NCBI GenBank assembly: GCA_964594775.1
Contig: CAZQNO010000001.1
Coordinates: forward strand, 1,195 to 65,194
DNA: 64,000 nt
Direction of reading: 5' to 3'
From: an uncultured Spirochaetaceae bacterium
GTDB lineage: Bacteria; Spirochaetota; Spirochaetia; DSM-16054; Sediminispirochaetaceae
Shown here piece by piece: positions 47,231 to 55,506 of this stretch; position 1 is the first letter of the stretch; each line of letters starts with the position of its first letter. The position numbers and the translations under genes are program-made. Below the pieces are notes generated by a model that saw only the letters and a list, made by a program, of their open reading frames with translations, searched no databases and had not been told where the DNA came from.

Positions 47231-49124
47231 TCCGATTCTTCGCCCGATCGCCGTTTTTCTTTTAACGGCAGTCTTTCTTTTTCCGGCGTTTTCTCAAGAG
47301 AAGGTCGACTTTATCGTTCTTCTCGATACGTCTAAGGGTATGTTCGACTCTTTCGAAGAGAGCATCGATCTCTTAGTCGAGGAAGTGCTGAAAAAACAAC
47401 TCACCGCCGAGGATACCTTTCATCTCTTGAGTTTCGAAGCCGCTCCCGAATTCGAAATTCAGCGCACCCTCAGCGACGAAACGGCGATAAAGGAGGCCTT
47501 ATCGAGGCTCCTTCTTCTTCAGCCTTTGGGGAATCACTGCGACCTGGTAGCAGGACTTAAGTACACCGGCGAATACGTAAATGAACTCTCTCTATCGACA
47601 AAGAAGAAAATTCTCCTCCTCACCCAAGGCTCTCATGTGCCCCCGCCGGAAAGTCCCTATCAGGATGAGAAAGAGAATCTGGAAAGGATAGAGAGTCTCA
47701 CCTCTTTCATGAAGCGAAACGGCTGGGACCTGCATATCGTGCGTTTCTCTGAAGGGGCCTCCGAAGAGCAGGAATCTGTTCTCCTAAAAAAACTCTCTGA
47801 AGATATGAAGAGCCCGATTGTTCAAGCCGGAAGCGATGCGGTCGATACCGCCTTAGCGGCAACGGGGGCGGTTCGCATTCTTTTTCCGCAGGAGACTGTT
47901 TCCGCGAAGAGAAATCCTGCAGTTCCGCTCACGTTTGAGAATCATTCCAATGAATCGAGAAACCTCGTGATCGATTCCGCCGTGTACGACGGTAATGAAT
48001 ATCTCGCAGAGGAACTGACGGTTTCCCTGGCCGTTGGAGAAACGAAAAGCGATAAATTGATGCTTAATCTTCCCGATTCCCTTCCCGCCGGCACTCACCG
48101 TATTGAGCTTGTGTTGCACGCGCTTCAGGGAGGTCCCATTTATCCGAAAAGCGGAACAGTCACCATTGAAATCGCGAAATCCGGTAAAGGGGGCGGAATG
48201 GGAGAATATGGGAAGTATATACTCTACGGCTTCATTTTTCTTATTCTTATCGTGGCCCTTTTCATCCTTATACGGCGGCTCTTTGCCGGAAGTTCCGACG
48301 ATAGAGACAAAAAACGAGTGCCTACCGGTATCAGCGGGCCGGGGAGCGTCGATCGCGAGCGGGGAGGAGCGGGTCTTCGGCTCAAGGGCCGTGATGAATC
48401 CGATGCCGGCGATGCCCTCGGCGCCTATTCCGCCGCTTCCTCAAGTGAAAGAGAGCAGGAGAGCAGCGCCGCGTTTCTCGCATCGGTAAAGGGAGAATCT
48501 GAAAAACGTCTCGAAGGACTCGGTGCAGGCAGAGAAAAGGAGTCTTCCGAAAGGGCCGCCGCATTGGCAAATTTCCGTCGGAATGTCGGAGGCTTGTCTT
48601 CCGATGACGCCGCTTCCAGAATTTCCGCCTTCAAGAAAGGCGCCGGCGGGTCATCTGCCGGCACTCGGGCCGCCGCATTGGGTTTTTCCGGTGACGCCTA
48701 CAGGAAGCGCAAATCCGCAGGAGAGTTGCCGATCGAGCTCAGAGTCGATTTTCAACATCCCACCATGACGAAAAATCTCGATTGGTTCAAGGACGGGGAT
48801 GAAAAGCGCATCGGAGGAATCGGCAGCGGCGCCGAGTTCGTTATCTCAACTATTCCTGTAGAGGGAATTATAGCCAGAGTAAAACGGAAGGGAGAACACT
48901 TTCTTCTGGAGCCCGAACGTCGAGAGTGTTTCCCCGAGTTTCATCAAAAGAGAACTGAAAGCATACTCGGTGTGCGAATAAAGGTTCGGTCTCCCGAGAC
49001 CGAACGCCTGACGAATTTTTCCCTCAGGGAGTGGGCTCCGACAAAGGACCGCTTGAATCGTTACCTTCATAAGATCGATGAACCGGGAGTACCAAAAGAG
49101 GATTTCGATCCCAGCGATTTTTAG
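47178..49124 (+). CDS. Membrane protein with periplasmic VWA-like domain and cytoplasmic Ser/Gly/Ala-rich tail plus uncharacterised C-terminal domain
   Basis: The signal peptide is IAVFLLTAVFLFPAFSQE. The VWA-like start DFIVLLDTSKGM has an imperfect MIDAS motif. The TM segment is ILYGFIFLILIVALFILI. A low-complexity region follows, then a beta-rich C-terminus. The start is uncertain; the ATG at 47178 overlaps greA by 53 nt. Confidence 0.6.
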   Translation: MNVPTTTVLRVSRLRIFNPILRPIAVFLLTAVFLFPAFSQEKVDFIVLLDTSKGMFDSFEESIDLLVEEVLKKQLTAEDTFHLLSFEAAPEFEIQRTLSDETAIKEALSRLLLLQPLGNHCDLVAGLKYTGEYVNELSLSTKKKILLLTQGSHVPPPESPYQDEKENLERIESLTSFMKRNGWDLHIVRFSEGASEEQESVLLKKLSEDMKSPIVQAGSDAVDTALAATGAVRILFPQETVSAKRNPAVPLTFENHSNESRNLVIDSAVYDGNEYLAEELTVSLAVGETKSDKLMLNLPDSLPAGTHRIELVLHALQGGPIYPKSGTVTIEIAKSGKGGGMGEYGKYILYGFIFLILIVALFILIRRLFAGSSDDRDKKRVPTGISGPGSVDRERGGAGLRLKGRDESDAGDALGAYSAASSSEREQESSAAFLASVKGESEKRLEGLGAGREKESSERAAALANFRRNVGGLSSDDAASRISAFKKGAGGSSAGTRAAALGFSGDAYRKRKSAGELPIELRVDFQHPTMTKNLDWFKDGDEKRIGGIGSGAEFVISTIPVEGIIARVKRKGEHFLLEPERRECFPEFHQKRTESILGVRIKVRSPETERLTNFSLREWAPTKDRLNRYLHKIDEPGVPKEDFDPSDF

Positions 49125-49300
49125 CTGCTGAACCGCTCAGCCGGAATTAGAAGCGGACTTGAGAAATATGGAAATCCTCGCGTGTTATTTTCCTCAGTAT
49201 CTCACGGGCTTCCGACCGTGAAATACGACGTTTTTCTTTCCTTCCGTTCCAGCCGTTTCCTCCGAAACCTTTCCTGCCACCGTCTCCTGCAAGATATGGT

Positions 49301-49334
49301 AAAAAATAACTGCACGACTGGCCATCGTGCAGTT
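49301..49334 (-). terminator. Rho-independent terminator of the NSS transporter / lyase operon
   Basis: On the minus strand, the stem pairs AACTGCACGA with TCGTGCAGTT (49308-49334) around a 6-7 nt loop, and is followed by a U-run (A6 on the plus strand at 49301-49306). Confidence 0.75.
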
Positions 49335-49358
49335 GCTAAACTAATAAAATAGTACCAA

Positions 49359-50681
49359 TTAACCAATTCCGCCCTTTAAGATACCAAGTATGAGAACGAT
49401 GATGACGACGCCGACGAATACGTAGCGGCCGAATTGATAAAACCAAGGTTTCTTGAAGAATTCCCCTTCCAGACCCTCGGCAATGGCGTTTTGCGCGTCT
49501 TCCTTTTTCTCAACCCAGAAGAAGGCGATGCCGGCGAGGACGGCGCCCAGCGGTACGAGATAGACGCTGACGGTGTCCGCCCACGGTCCGAAGAGCCCCA
49601 TGTTGATGGCCAGGGGTACTCCGATGAGCCAGGTGATAATAGTGACGGCCACCACTGCGACGGGACGCTTCAGGCTGAACCTGTCCATAACCGCTTCGAC
49701 GGGGATCTCCATTAGCGCAATTGAAGAAGAGAGCACAATAAAGACTATGGTGAGGAAGAACAGGGCCCCGAAAAAGAAACCGCCGGGCATCATGGGAAAT
49801 ATCGAAGGAAGGGTGATGAAGAGCAGAGGCGGTCCGGCGCTCGGTTCAACGCCGAAGGCAAAGGCGGCCGGAATGATGATGAAGGCCGCGAGAAGGGCTG
49901 CCAGGGTGTCGAAACCGGCGGTCTGATAGGCGGATTTAACGAGGTCCTCGTTCTTCTTGAGATAGCTGCCGTAGACTACCATATTCGCTCCTCCGATGCT
50001 CACGGAAAAGAGGGCCTGTCCCAGGGCAAAGACCCAGGTATCAGCCTCGGCGAGCTTTGACCATTCCGGGACGAGGAGGAATTTAATTCCTTCGCCGGCA
50101 CCCGGCAGAGTCAGACTTCGGATAAGCAGAATAACCATAAGCACCAGCAGTATCGGCAGCATGAGCTTGTTCGCCTTTTCTATCCCCTTTTGGACACCGA
50201 AAAAGACTATAAGCCCGGTCAGAACGGCTGCGACCACATGCCAGGGAATGGTTGCGGCGGTGCCGACGAAGCCGCCGAAGAATTCCGGAGCGTTTAACGT
50301 GGCGAAAGCGCCGGAGACGGCGAGAAAGAAGTACCTCAGTACCCATCCGATAACGACGAGGTAGAATACCAGTACGCCGTAAGTCGCGAGGACGGGAAGG
50401 AGCCCGACGAAGGCGCCGAGCTTTTTCATGCCTCTTTTGGCGAACACCGCTTCAAAGGCCCCGATGGCCCCGCGCTGGGTGCTTCGGCCGAGGGCGAACT
50501 CTTCGATGAGTCCGGTCGCCGCAATGATGAACATAAAGAACAAGTAGGCAATGAGGAATGCCGCTCCGCCGTAGGCGCCGAGCCGCCACGGGAACATCCA
50601 CACGTTCCCCAAGCCGATGGCCGCACCTACACAGGCGAGGACAAAACCAAGTTTTGATGCCCATGTTTCTCTGTTTTCCAT
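49359..50681 (-). CDS. Sodium-dependent transporter, neurotransmitter:sodium symporter (NSS/SNF) family
   Basis: It carries RETWASKLGFVLACVGAAIGLGNVWMFPW plus about 11-12 TM segments. An AAGGAGA SD lies upstream. It is 36 nt downstream of the lyase gene. Confidence 0.9.
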   Translation of the reverse strand: MENRETWASKLGFVLACVGAAIGLGNVWMFPWRLGAYGGAAFLIAYLFFMFIIAATGLIEEFALGRSTQRGAIGAFEAVFAKRGMKKLGAFVGLLPVLATYGVLVFYLVVIGWVLRYFFLAVSGAFATLNAPEFFGGFVGTAATIPWHVVAAVLTGLIVFFGVQKGIEKANKLMLPILLVLMVILLIRSLTLPGAGEGIKFLLVPEWSKLAEADTWVFALGQALFSVSIGGANMVVYGSYLKKNEDLVKSAYQTAGFDTLAALLAAFIIIPAAFAFGVEPSAGPPLLFITLPSIFPMMPGGFFFGALFFLTIVFIVLSSSIALMEIPVEAVMDRFSLKRPVAVVAVTIITWLIGVPLAINMGLFGPWADTVSVYLVPLGAVLAGIAFFWVEKKEDAQNAIAEGLEGEFFKKPWFYQFGRYVFVGVVIIVLILGILKGGIG

Positions 50682-50717
50682 GCGTGTCTCCTTACATGAA
50701 AGTATTTTTACGGAACC

Positions 50718-52100
50718 CTAAACGGGCTCCAGTTCTGCGAGAAAATGTCGAAGGACCTTCGGGGCATGTGTTATTTTTAGACCCCGTAAATCATCTTTCT
50801 GCGCGTATACCTGCTTCAGCCCTTCGGCAACCACATCCATGTGGCGATAGGTATAGACCCTTCTCGGTATGGTAAGACGAAAGAGTTCAAGCTTCGGGTA
50901 TTCCACTTCACCCGTCTTTGGGTTCTCCTTGGCGAAGGCGAGCGAACCGAGCCCGACGCCTCTCACTCCCGTTTCGAGGTAGAGCTGGGCACCGAGGACC
51001 TCTGCAGGAAACTGACTCTTTGGGATATGCGGGAGAAATGCTGCGGCGTCGATAAAAACCGCGTGTCCACCGGTGGGCCTTACCGCGCTTATGCCATATT
51101 CACGCACGCGTTCGCCGAGATACTCAACCTGCTGTACCCGTGCGGCTATGTGATCATCGTCAACCATTTCGCGAAGTCCGCGCGCCAATGCTTCCTCGTC
51201 CCTTCCCGACAAACCGCCGTAGGTAATAAATCCTTCGAGGAGAATGAGCAGGGGTACGATTTTATCATAGAGCGACTTGTCCCGCATACAGATAAGCCCG
51301 CCCATATTGACGAGGGCGTCCTTTTTACAGCTAAAGGTACATCCGTCGCTGTAGGAAAATTCCTCCAAGACTATTTTCGCTATGGATTTGGTCTCATAGC
51401 CTTTCTCTCTCTGCTGGATAAAGTAGGCGTTCTCCACACAGCGCGCCGCATCTAAAAATACCGGTATCCCGTGCTTCTCTGCGAGTTTTTTTACCTCCCG
51501 CAGATTCTGCATCGATACGGGCTGCCCTCCCCCCGTGTTATTGGTAATGGTAGTCATTATGAGGGGGATCTTCTCGCTGCCGTGTGCAGCAATTACGGCT
51601 TTCAACTTTTCAAGGTCTACATTTCCCTTAAAAGGATGCTCGAGCTCAGGATCATAGGCTTCGTCTATTACGCAGCTTACCGGTTCGCCCCCATTTGCCA
51701 TGACGTTCGCCTCGGTGGAATCAAAGGGCATATTAAACGGTACGATGCTCCCCTCCTTCACCAGCGCTTGAAACAGCAGGCTTTCTGCGGGACGGCCCTG
51801 ATGAGTAGGGATGAAATGCGCGAAGCCCATTACTTTCTGTACCGACTCGGCGAGGTGCTCGTAGGCCCTGCCTCCTGCGTAACTTTCATCGCCGAGCATG
51901 ATACCGGCCCACTGATTGTCGCTCATGGCGGAAGTCCCGCTGTCGGTGAGAAGATCGATATAAATATCACTTCTCTGCAGACGAAAAAGGTTGTAATGAC
52001 CTTCCTTTAGCCGCTTTTCCCGGTGTTCACGAGAGGGAATGCTCAAGGGTTCAACCATCTTGATGCGATACGGTTCAGCTTTCAAAGGCTCACGCTTCAT
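50718..52100 (-). CDS. PLP-dependent beta-eliminating lyase (tyrosine phenol-lyase / tryptophanase family; N-terminus looks more TPL-like)
   Basis: It carries EPYRIKMVEP, IYIDLLTDSGTSAMSDNQWAGIMLGDESYAGG and IPTHQGRPAE. The PLP-lysine context is SCKKDALVNMGG. Confidence 0.88.
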   Translation of the reverse strand: MKREPLKAEPYRIKMVEPLSIPSREHREKRLKEGHYNLFRLQRSDIYIDLLTDSGTSAMSDNQWAGIMLGDESYAGGRAYEHLAESVQKVMGFAHFIPTHQGRPAESLLFQALVKEGSIVPFNMPFDSTEANVMANGGEPVSCVIDEAYDPELEHPFKGNVDLEKLKAVIAAHGSEKIPLIMTTITNNTGGGQPVSMQNLREVKKLAEKHGIPVFLDAARCVENAYFIQQREKGYETKSIAKIVLEEFSYSDGCTFSCKKDALVNMGGLICMRDKSLYDKIVPLLILLEGFITYGGLSGRDEEALARGLREMVDDDHIAARVQQVEYLGERVREYGISAVRPTGGHAVFIDAAAFLPHIPKSQFPAEVLGAQLYLETGVRGVGLGSLAFAKENPKTGEVEYPKLELFRLTIPRRVYTYRHMDVVAEGLKQVYAQKDDLRGLKITHAPKVLRHFLAELEPV

Positions 52101-52176
52101 TGCTTTCTCCTTATTTCGCCGTAATTCTCACCCTATCCCACAGGTCGTCCGGCAAAATATTACATATTCTTTGTAT

Positions 52177-52204
52177 ATTTTACTCTATTTGTGTAAGCTG
52201 TCAA
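52177..52204 (-). promoter_or_regulatory. Candidate sigma-70 promoter of the lyase-transporter operon (TTGACA-16-TAAAAT)
   Basis: On the minus strand, TTGACA lies at 52204-52199, followed by a 16-nt spacer and TAAAAT at 52182-52177. This leaves a leader of about 70 nt before the AAGGAGA SD and the ATG at 52100. Confidence 0.5.
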
Positions 52205-52235
52205 GATTTTTTTCTCTTTTCTTCCTGCTGCCGCA

Positions 52236-54098
52236 TTATCGGCCGGAGATACCGGTGCGAATGGCGCGAATTCCGATTTTCGATCCCCTTTCGCCGCTCT
52301 CTCCCGCCAGTTCGCCTCCCAGCTGTTCGGCTATGACGTGGAGCAGGGTATTTCCAAATCCCTTGTCATTCTCATCTTCTTCCTTCGGCCGGTCAATAAA
52401 CTTTTCGGGAATACCGATGCCGTCATCCTGTACCCAGACATCGAGGGAGTCTTTCCTTTTGCTGAGTTCCACCGTGATCGTACCTTCACGATTTTCCGGA
52501 AATGCGTGCTTGTAGGCATTGGTAATAAGTTCATTTACCACGATTCCAATGGGGAAAGCGGTTTTCGCATCCAGCGAGATATCGTCTAGAGTGCATTCTA
52601 TTTGAATACGGTCTTCCTCGCCGAAGGTTTCTCTTAAGCGTTCTATAAGAGTGGAAAGGTACTCCTTCACGTCGATGGTATGGTAGTCCCCCCCCCGGTA
52701 GAGGGAATCGTAGATAAGCATCATCGTTGCAACACGATTGTAAGCCTCCTCGAGAATTTCTCTTGCCTTATCATCCTTTACATCTTGACTGCGTAAAGAG
52801 AGGAGAGAGGCGATGGTGGTCATATTGTTTTTTATTCGATGATGCACCTCACGAAGAAGCAGTTCCTTTTCTTCCAAAAGACGATGAATTTTCTGCTCAT
52901 CGATGATCTTTTCCGTCACGTCCCTATTGCTGCCCCTTCTGCCGACATACCGGTTATCTTCGTCGTAGGCGGAGCGACAGACATGATGGATCCAGCGGGT
53001 TTCTCCTTCCTTTGTTATTATACGAAAGGTAAGACCGGTATCGGCGTGTCGGCTTGCTACGTTTGTATGATAGGTACGGTTGTGCTGCGTAACTTTTTTT
53101 GCGTCCTCGGGATGTACGATTCTTTGCGAAAGATCCGGTTCTTCGATGAATTCCTTTTTCGAATAGCCGGTAATACGATGGACCGACGGAGAAATGTAAC
53201 GAAGAATTCCACGAGAATCGACCAGGTACTCCCAATCGTTCGTATAGTCGGCAACTATTTTTAGTTTTTTATATGCATCTTCGTTTTGTATCTGTTCGGA
53301 AATGTCGATAAAGCTCAAGAGCACCAGCATTCCTTCGTTCGAGTCTATGGGATTGCTTGAGAGGGAAAACTCAAAGGAAGAAATGCTATCTTCTTCCCGC
53401 ACAGGAATTGCTCCGCGAATCTTATATTCGGCCTGCCTCGTCTTAAACACCTGCTCAACACTTTTTCGTATCACGCAATCTTTGCAGTGTACTGCGAAGC
53501 CGCAGCCTTTCGGGTTTTCCAAGGCATTGACACAGCGCACCACGCTGCCGAAGCCTGCATCGGCGCAAACGAGGTGTCCTTCGCCGCCGTATTCGGCGAA
53601 ATTTCGATTGAAACGGCGTATGCGTCTCTCTCCGTCGACAAGGACCATCGGAATGGGAGCATTATCGAACAAGGATTTCAGCTCCAATTCATGATTCTTG
53701 CGTTTTTTGTACGTGGAAAACAGCTCGAACGCCATATCGATCGAAGAGGCAAGCACAAAGTCGCCGGCACTCTTGAGCACATAGCCGTATCGGGTGATGT
53801 TTCTCACCCGTTCTACCATAGCTCTCTCTGCATGGGAGGTGAGAAAAACAATGGGAATGTCGTGTTTCTCGAGTATCGCCTTTGCGGTTTGCGTTCCGTC
53901 TATTCCATCTCCAAGATCGATGTCCATGAGTACTAAATCGTAGGGATGTCCTTCGCGTTTTCCCCGCTCAATGCGCTCAATTGCACCGCTACCGCTGTGG
54001 ACGTAGTGAACCGAATAGTTGTACTGTTCCAGCCTGGCTGCCGTATCCATGGCGATTATTACTTCATCTTCAACCAAGAGGATAAGTTTTGCGCACAT
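52236..54098 (-). CDS. Hybrid sensor: receiver + Cys-rich sensor module + PAS + HisKA_2-type histidine kinase (paralogue of 784..3000)
   Basis: The REC domain shows ILLVEDEVIIAMD...LVLMDIDLG. The H-box is EVHHRIKNNMTTIASLL. HATPase_c motifs are NELITNAYKHAF, DDGIGIP and GFGNTLL. Confidence 0.9.
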   Translation of the reverse strand: MCAKLILLVEDEVIIAMDTAARLEQYNYSVHYVHSGSGAIERIERGKREGHPYDLVLMDIDLGDGIDGTQTAKAILEKHDIPIVFLTSHAERAMVERVRNITRYGYVLKSAGDFVLASSIDMAFELFSTYKKRKNHELELKSLFDNAPIPMVLVDGERRIRRFNRNFAEYGGEGHLVCADAGFGSVVRCVNALENPKGCGFAVHCKDCVIRKSVEQVFKTRQAEYKIRGAIPVREEDSISSFEFSLSSNPIDSNEGMLVLLSFIDISEQIQNEDAYKKLKIVADYTNDWEYLVDSRGILRYISPSVHRITGYSKKEFIEEPDLSQRIVHPEDAKKVTQHNRTYHTNVASRHADTGLTFRIITKEGETRWIHHVCRSAYDEDNRYVGRRGSNRDVTEKIIDEQKIHRLLEEKELLLREVHHRIKNNMTTIASLLSLRSQDVKDDKAREILEEAYNRVATMMLIYDSLYRGGDYHTIDVKEYLSTLIERLRETFGEEDRIQIECTLDDISLDAKTAFPIGIVVNELITNAYKHAFPENREGTITVELSKRKDSLDVWVQDDGIGIPEKFIDRPKEEDENDKGFGNTLLHVIAEQLGGELAGESGERGSKIGIRAIRTGISGR

Positions 54099-54153
54099 AC
54101 TACTTCACCATAATGCACTGCGGGGGTATTCTCAATTCTTTTATCCTGTTTTT

Positions 54154-55506
54154 CTATATTTCTTCCAAAACAGACAATGCGTAACTTCGGATGCTTCTAT
54201 GGGTGGATTCACCGGTCAGCTTTTCCACTTCTTCTTTTAAGCCGCTTAGACCGTTATTCCTGATCCCGCGAAGTCCATAGAGGATGATATTGATGCTTTC
54301 GGGATGAGTCAGCATCTTTGCATACAGATTCTGCAGACTCCCATCCTTTACCGACGAGAGTTGTTTACAGGTGTAGTCCAGTAATCTCGATGCGTTTTTC
54401 GTCCACTCCTCTTCAATTACCTTGCGAATAGTGGAAATGCTTCCGCCGAGATCGTATTCGATGAGCATTTCAGCCGATGCACCCCGGATCTCCAGCGGCA
54501 CCGTCGGATCCTCGTAGAGTTCTCTCAGGGTACGATACGCGGCGGCTGAGTCGATTTTTCCGAGGGCCCGCACTGCGGCAGTCCGCACATTATGCACGTC
54601 CGGATCGTGTTTTGCCTTGTAGATGAGGATGTCTACCGCCTTTTTCGCTTTGATTTCGCCCAAACTATCGGCGGCCTGAACACGTACCCTCCAGTTATTG
54701 TCCTTGAGAGCAGATATCAAGGCCTCTACAATTGTGTCGTCGGCCTCGAATTGTCCAAGAGCCTGAACGGCAAACTGACGCAGCCGCGGATCTTCGTCTC
54801 CGAACACGCGCATTATGGCTTCGAGGGCCTCCTCTCCGCCGATTTTTCCCAGGGCACTGCAGGCCTTCCAGCGAAGACTCTTTTGTTGATCTTCATCTAA
54901 AAGGATATCCTTTAACAGAGGAAGAGATTCCCGGGACTCACGTTCACCCAGGGCATCGAGTACCGCCGCTCTCCTGTCTACCTTCTCCGATGAGTTCTCA
55001 TACAGCTCTTTTAGCCTGTGGATGTACTTTTCTCCTTCCGAATGACCAAGGGCTCGAATTGCCTCCAATGCGCTGCGGTTTTCCGGATTATCGGCAATTT
55101 CGAGAAAAAGATCGCTGAGTTTTTCATCTTGATAGTCTTTTAGATAGCGGATAAGAGCCAAGAGATTCGAGCTTCGAAGGTCCTCCCATTTTGAGAGGAT
55201 CAGCTTCCTCCCCTCTTGGTAGAGCCCCTCGTCTTCGGTGTGGGCAAAGAAGGAAATGATCTCTTCCTGCAGGCCGGCGTTACTCGTGGTGGTGAAAATT
55301 TCCACCAATGTATCGTTGTATCGGTCGTTCTCTTCTTCCTTGAGTTGCGAAATAACGGCCAGGACCTCGGAGTCTATGCCGTATTCTAGGGTCTGTTCCC
55401 GTTTCTCTCTAATGCTTCTGACTTCCTTCCGGGAGAGGTCCTCTTCTTCAGAGAAGAGCGGAAAGAGAAAGATCAGCGAGATACTGCATACGATGAACCT
55501 TTTCAT
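54154..55506 (-). CDS. Secreted HEAT-repeat protein
   Basis: The signal peptide is MKRFIVCSISLIFLFPLFS. It has repeated HEAT/PBS-lyase-like units (DPRLRQFAVQALGQF, NWRVRVQAADSLGEI, VHNVRTAAVRALGKI). Confidence 0.7.
   Translation of the reverse strand: MKRFIVCSISLIFLFPLFSEEEDLSRKEVRSIREKREQTLEYGIDSEVLAVISQLKEEENDRYNDTLVEIFTTTSNAGLQEEIISFFAHTEDEGLYQEGRKLILSKWEDLRSSNLLALIRYLKDYQDEKLSDLFLEIADNPENRSALEAIRALGHSEGEKYIHRLKELYENSSEKVDRRAAVLDALGERESRESLPLLKDILLDEDQQKSLRWKACSALGKIGGEEALEAIMRVFGDEDPRLRQFAVQALGQFEADDTIVEALISALKDNNWRVRVQAADSLGEIKAKKAVDILIYKAKHDPDVHNVRTAAVRALGKIDSAAAYRTLRELYEDPTVPLEIRGASAEMLIEYDLGGSISTIRKVIEEEWTKNASRLLDYTCKQLSSVKDGSLQNLYAKMLTHPESINIILYGLRGIRNNGLSGLKEEVEKLTGESTHRSIRSYALSVLEEI

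Noticed and set aside
52101-52176. A search for a TnaC-like leader peptide or Trp/Tyr-rich uORF in the leader of the lyase operon.
   Set aside because: Only a trivial ATG-TAA start-stop pair is present. There is no short ORF with Trp or Tyr codons and no attenuator hairpin, so an E. coli-type tna attenuation mechanism is not supported.
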